From: Azolla caroliniana
Lineage: Eukaryota; Plantae; Polypodiophyta
Reading direction: 5' to 3'
Assembly (NCBI GenBank): GCA_043228905.1
Contig: JBHGNT010000011.1
Span: 9,858,001-9,922,000, forward strand
Length of the DNA stretch: 64,000 nucleotides
A model generated the notes under the pieces. It searched no databases. It had not been told where the DNA came from and worked only from the letters and a program-made list of their open reading frames with translations. The position numbers and the translations under genes are program-made. Positions 60,750-64,000 of this stretch are shown here, piece after piece (position 1 is the first letter of the stretch; each line of letters begins with the position of its first letter).

Positions 60750-61260
60750 AAGATAGATAGATGATAAATTTTATTATCATCCTTGGAGGTAAAATAACCA
60801 ATGGGATCAAAAGAGAAACACATTCATGTAGTATGTAAGGAGTTGACCAATGGCTCTTGATGTTCAAGGATTTCTATTAGTGGGCAATGTAGTTGAGAAC
60901 GCAATATGAGATAATTTTGTTTAGGTATTCAGGTCAAGAATGGCAATGTGGTAACACCAAACTTGAATGTTATCAAGAGGGGAGCAATATAGTACAAAAT
61001 GATGATTAGACGTGCAATCTTGATTTGGGCAAAAATGTAGAGTCCACGAGTCTCCTAGTTTCTACCCCATCATTTCGATTGAAGAGAATGTGAGTTAATC
61101 GAATGGATGCAACAAAATGGGCTTTAACAAGAAGGAATGAGCGAGAAATGACTTGGAGAAGAATATGGTTTTGGTAGTTTGCAACAACATTTGTAATATA
61201 ATGCATGTGCTTCCACATCTCTCCCAATCCACGTGGTTGGATAAAATTGACAGATATATA
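60750..61260 (-). mobile_element. Highly diverged RTE-X 3' fragment with (ATCT)n tail
   Basis: AGATAGATAGATGATAAATTTTATTATCATCCTTGGAGG resembles the termini at about 20775 and 29750. The interior resembles IRLTHIL..NDGVETRRL. Confidence 0.55.
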
Positions 61261-62897
61261 AAATCCATTTGAAAGTGAGTTTGGAATGAAGCTTCCTAAT
61301 AAATCAATAAATATGTGCATGTGCACATGTATATGGTTAGTTGGTATGCTCATCTCAAAATATAGACATTAGCATGGATTGAAGCTTGCTAAATAGTGAA
61401 CAAATATGTGCATGAGCACACGCACATGGGTATTTGGTATGGCCATCTTGTTATCATGGATGAAGGCTTTCAGGTGACAGTAATGATAAAGGATTATGCT
61501 ACAAATCAAGATACGAATGTCATGATTATATGACCAATGAAATGATCACATGACCATAATCTACTACTAGTGCTAGTTCATTGAATATGACACTACTTTG
61601 TGTTACTTCTCGAAGATTACCAATACACTATCATTATAATGATCGAAATTCCTGTTAATTTCTTTCAAAACTTGATTACCAAACTAATAATAATTGGTGG
61701 GCAATGCACAAGCCATTAATAAATAAAGAATCAAAATCTACCTCTCATTAATGTGGCATTAATTAATGCAAAAGCATAATAAACTAACAACTAATAACAT
61801 AGCTAATTATACATCATGAGAAAGCATTTCATTTATTAGCAAAAACAAGTATAATCAACCTCTAATTCCCTTGCATAGGTGGCCACAAGACTTGATTACC
61901 TTAATGACAACTTTTGCCATGTAAGAGTTAATTGTACTTCTCAATAAGTAGTAAAAGATTAGTCAATTTCATTAATATAGTATAATTGACTTTTAAAAAA
62001 TCATTTCATGGAAAAGTTTTGGTAACTAATTTGTATTTTTATAAAACTATATGCTTGTAAGACAATAAAATCTCTGAGCTCATCCCTAATAGTTAATAGG
62101 AGGCAAGCCAATGACCAATAGTCTAAGGATTGCCCATATTCCACCACTCCCATATGATTATGCACAACATATGGCATAATTGGAAATACCGTAGCTTATT
62201 TTGGGGCATTCAACTCCGGTACTCGACTCATCTTGCACAATCAATCCATTATTTAAGTTGTACATCCTAGAGAGCTTGAGGATGAACAATAGCAATAATT
62301 ATTATATGTGCTTTCATCCTCATATAATCAAAGTATTTGTGGTCGCTATATTCCGTATTCACATTCAATTGACACCAAACCTTAATTTTGTCACGTACCA
62401 TTTTTCATACCTAGGGAGACCTTATTAATCAATGTATGGTCCTTCACATTGTTGTTCTAACATTTTTGTTTGTGCAAATTCGAGAGCCTCAACGTGAATG
62501 GGAAGACGCCCCAACATAGAAGTGCCGAAAACTAGATAAACTTGGTGTTGAACACCAATATTCGTGGGATAAGCTACAGTAAGGTGTATCAAACCCAAGA
62601 TTGCAAGAACAAGAGCTAAAGAAACTAGCTTGACATTGGTTGAGAAAACCCTATGAAATCCAACGATCTTTAGATACGATTTTTATAAAATCAAGACCCA
62701 TTATGATTACTTTTTTGTAAATTGAGTTGTGTTAATTATGAAAAGAAAAAAGAACTACAAATAACTATAACTCAAAGACAAATGATCCTGGGATCTCAAT
62801 CAAGATTGTACACACTTTGAGAAGCCATGTGATGGTAAGGCCAACACAAAAGGCGAATATGATGCTTTCTCAACTCACATATTCTAAACTCCTCATG

Positions 62898-63565
62898 TCT
62901 TTTTTTCTTTTTTTTCCAAAAAAAAAACTCCTTCCATTAGTTATAAAATTTTACAAATGAGACGATTATGTACAAATCCCTAAAGGGACGCGATAGTTCC
63001 ATCTAATGTGGAAGCCCACTGACTTAAGAAAGGGAGAGGACGACCATTGTTGGATGAAGGCTATGTGTTGTCTTTCAACTCCCTCGGAGCCACCTTTAAG
63101 GCCATCGTATTGGCTCTTCAAAGTGGCTACAATTTCACTCCATATCTCTTATAGTAACCTTGTTGGATGGGCGGTTTGGTTGGAGAAGACTCGCCTACAT
63201 CGTTGTTTCCATAGAATCCAAAGGGTTATTGTGTTGACCAATTCCAACACCTCTTGAGATTTGTCATTAAGAGGAATAGAGTGGACATTGCCGCTGGAGG
63301 AGAAAAGGACCTGTTGTGCTTTTATCACCAAAGTCATCCCCTCATCCTGATGCTCGTATCGGCCAATCGCAACCTGCCACGATAGCCAACATATATTTCC
63401 CCACTTGATTGAACCTTGCACCTGGCCTAATTGCAACAAGCGGCCAACCCCCCGCCATATTCTATGGGACGTTGGGCAGTCCCACAGAGCGTGTCGTATG
63501 GATTCTACTGCATGTGGGCACTCTGCACAATTAGGAGAGCTAAGGTTCCCACGTCTTAGCGCCCC
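62898..63565 (-). mobile_element. Second, shorter copy of the L1 3' end seen at 58670-59330
   Basis: Directly alignable sequence. ORF 63149-63577 reads CAECPHAVESIRHALWDC...TLWILWKQRCRR. Confidence 0.88.
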
Positions 63566-64000
63566 TAAGGTTTCCAATGACTAGATTTGCCAAAGTGATC
63601 TACCTTTTGCATCCCAAATTCTGCCTCAACTAGGATGGCGTGACACATATACCAAATGTGCCACAACCCCCAATACTTCAAGAATAAGAAAACCATTTGA
63701 AATGTGCAACAAATGTGACACATACACCAAATGTGCAAAAAAGGGAAAGTCAAGTTGACATATAAGAAGGCCCATTGGAATGGAGGTTTGAAATCCCAAT
63801 TATAGAAGTCAAATCTACAAAAATATATGTACAAATAGATCTTGACAATGACCAAATAATAAAATGATGACAACTATTTGTATAGTGACATTGTGATGAA
63901 GAAACCCCCTAATCATGACTCTCTCGATAAACACCTAGGCGCCAAATGGAAGACAAGAGTGCCAACCTATAGCTACTACATGTTGTAGGCTTTATAATTC

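Overview
Eukaryotic, transposon-dense land-plant DNA, probably from a non-seed plant such as a fern or lycophyte. That guess is an inference from the Tcn1-type chromoviruses, RTE-X LINEs and a tRNA-Trp-primed LTR element. Two host genes are supported, both on the minus strand: a 13-exon SULTR/SLC26 sulfate transporter (10189-14322, about 704 aa) and a single-exon 290-aa His/Asp-repeat protein (55230-56102). The centre (about 23.4-49.0 kb) is one near-full-length RTE-X-like LINE split by nested insertions. One branch is five levels deep: LINE < Copia < chromovirus < second RTE-X < Trp-primed gag-only LTR element. The other branch is a solo LTR carrying a very young, intact Copia. The most notable signals are a chromovirus PBS complementary to its own predicted transcript 5' end (Tf1-like self-priming), a -1 frameshift signal conserved in two chromovirus copies, a duplicated chromodomain, a tRNA-like unit fused to the LINE 5' end, RTE-X 3' ends sharing a hairpin and abutting (AG)n/(AGAT)n tracts, and CCGG enrichment in several retroelements and at three insertion sites. 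All calls were made by eye, without database searches.
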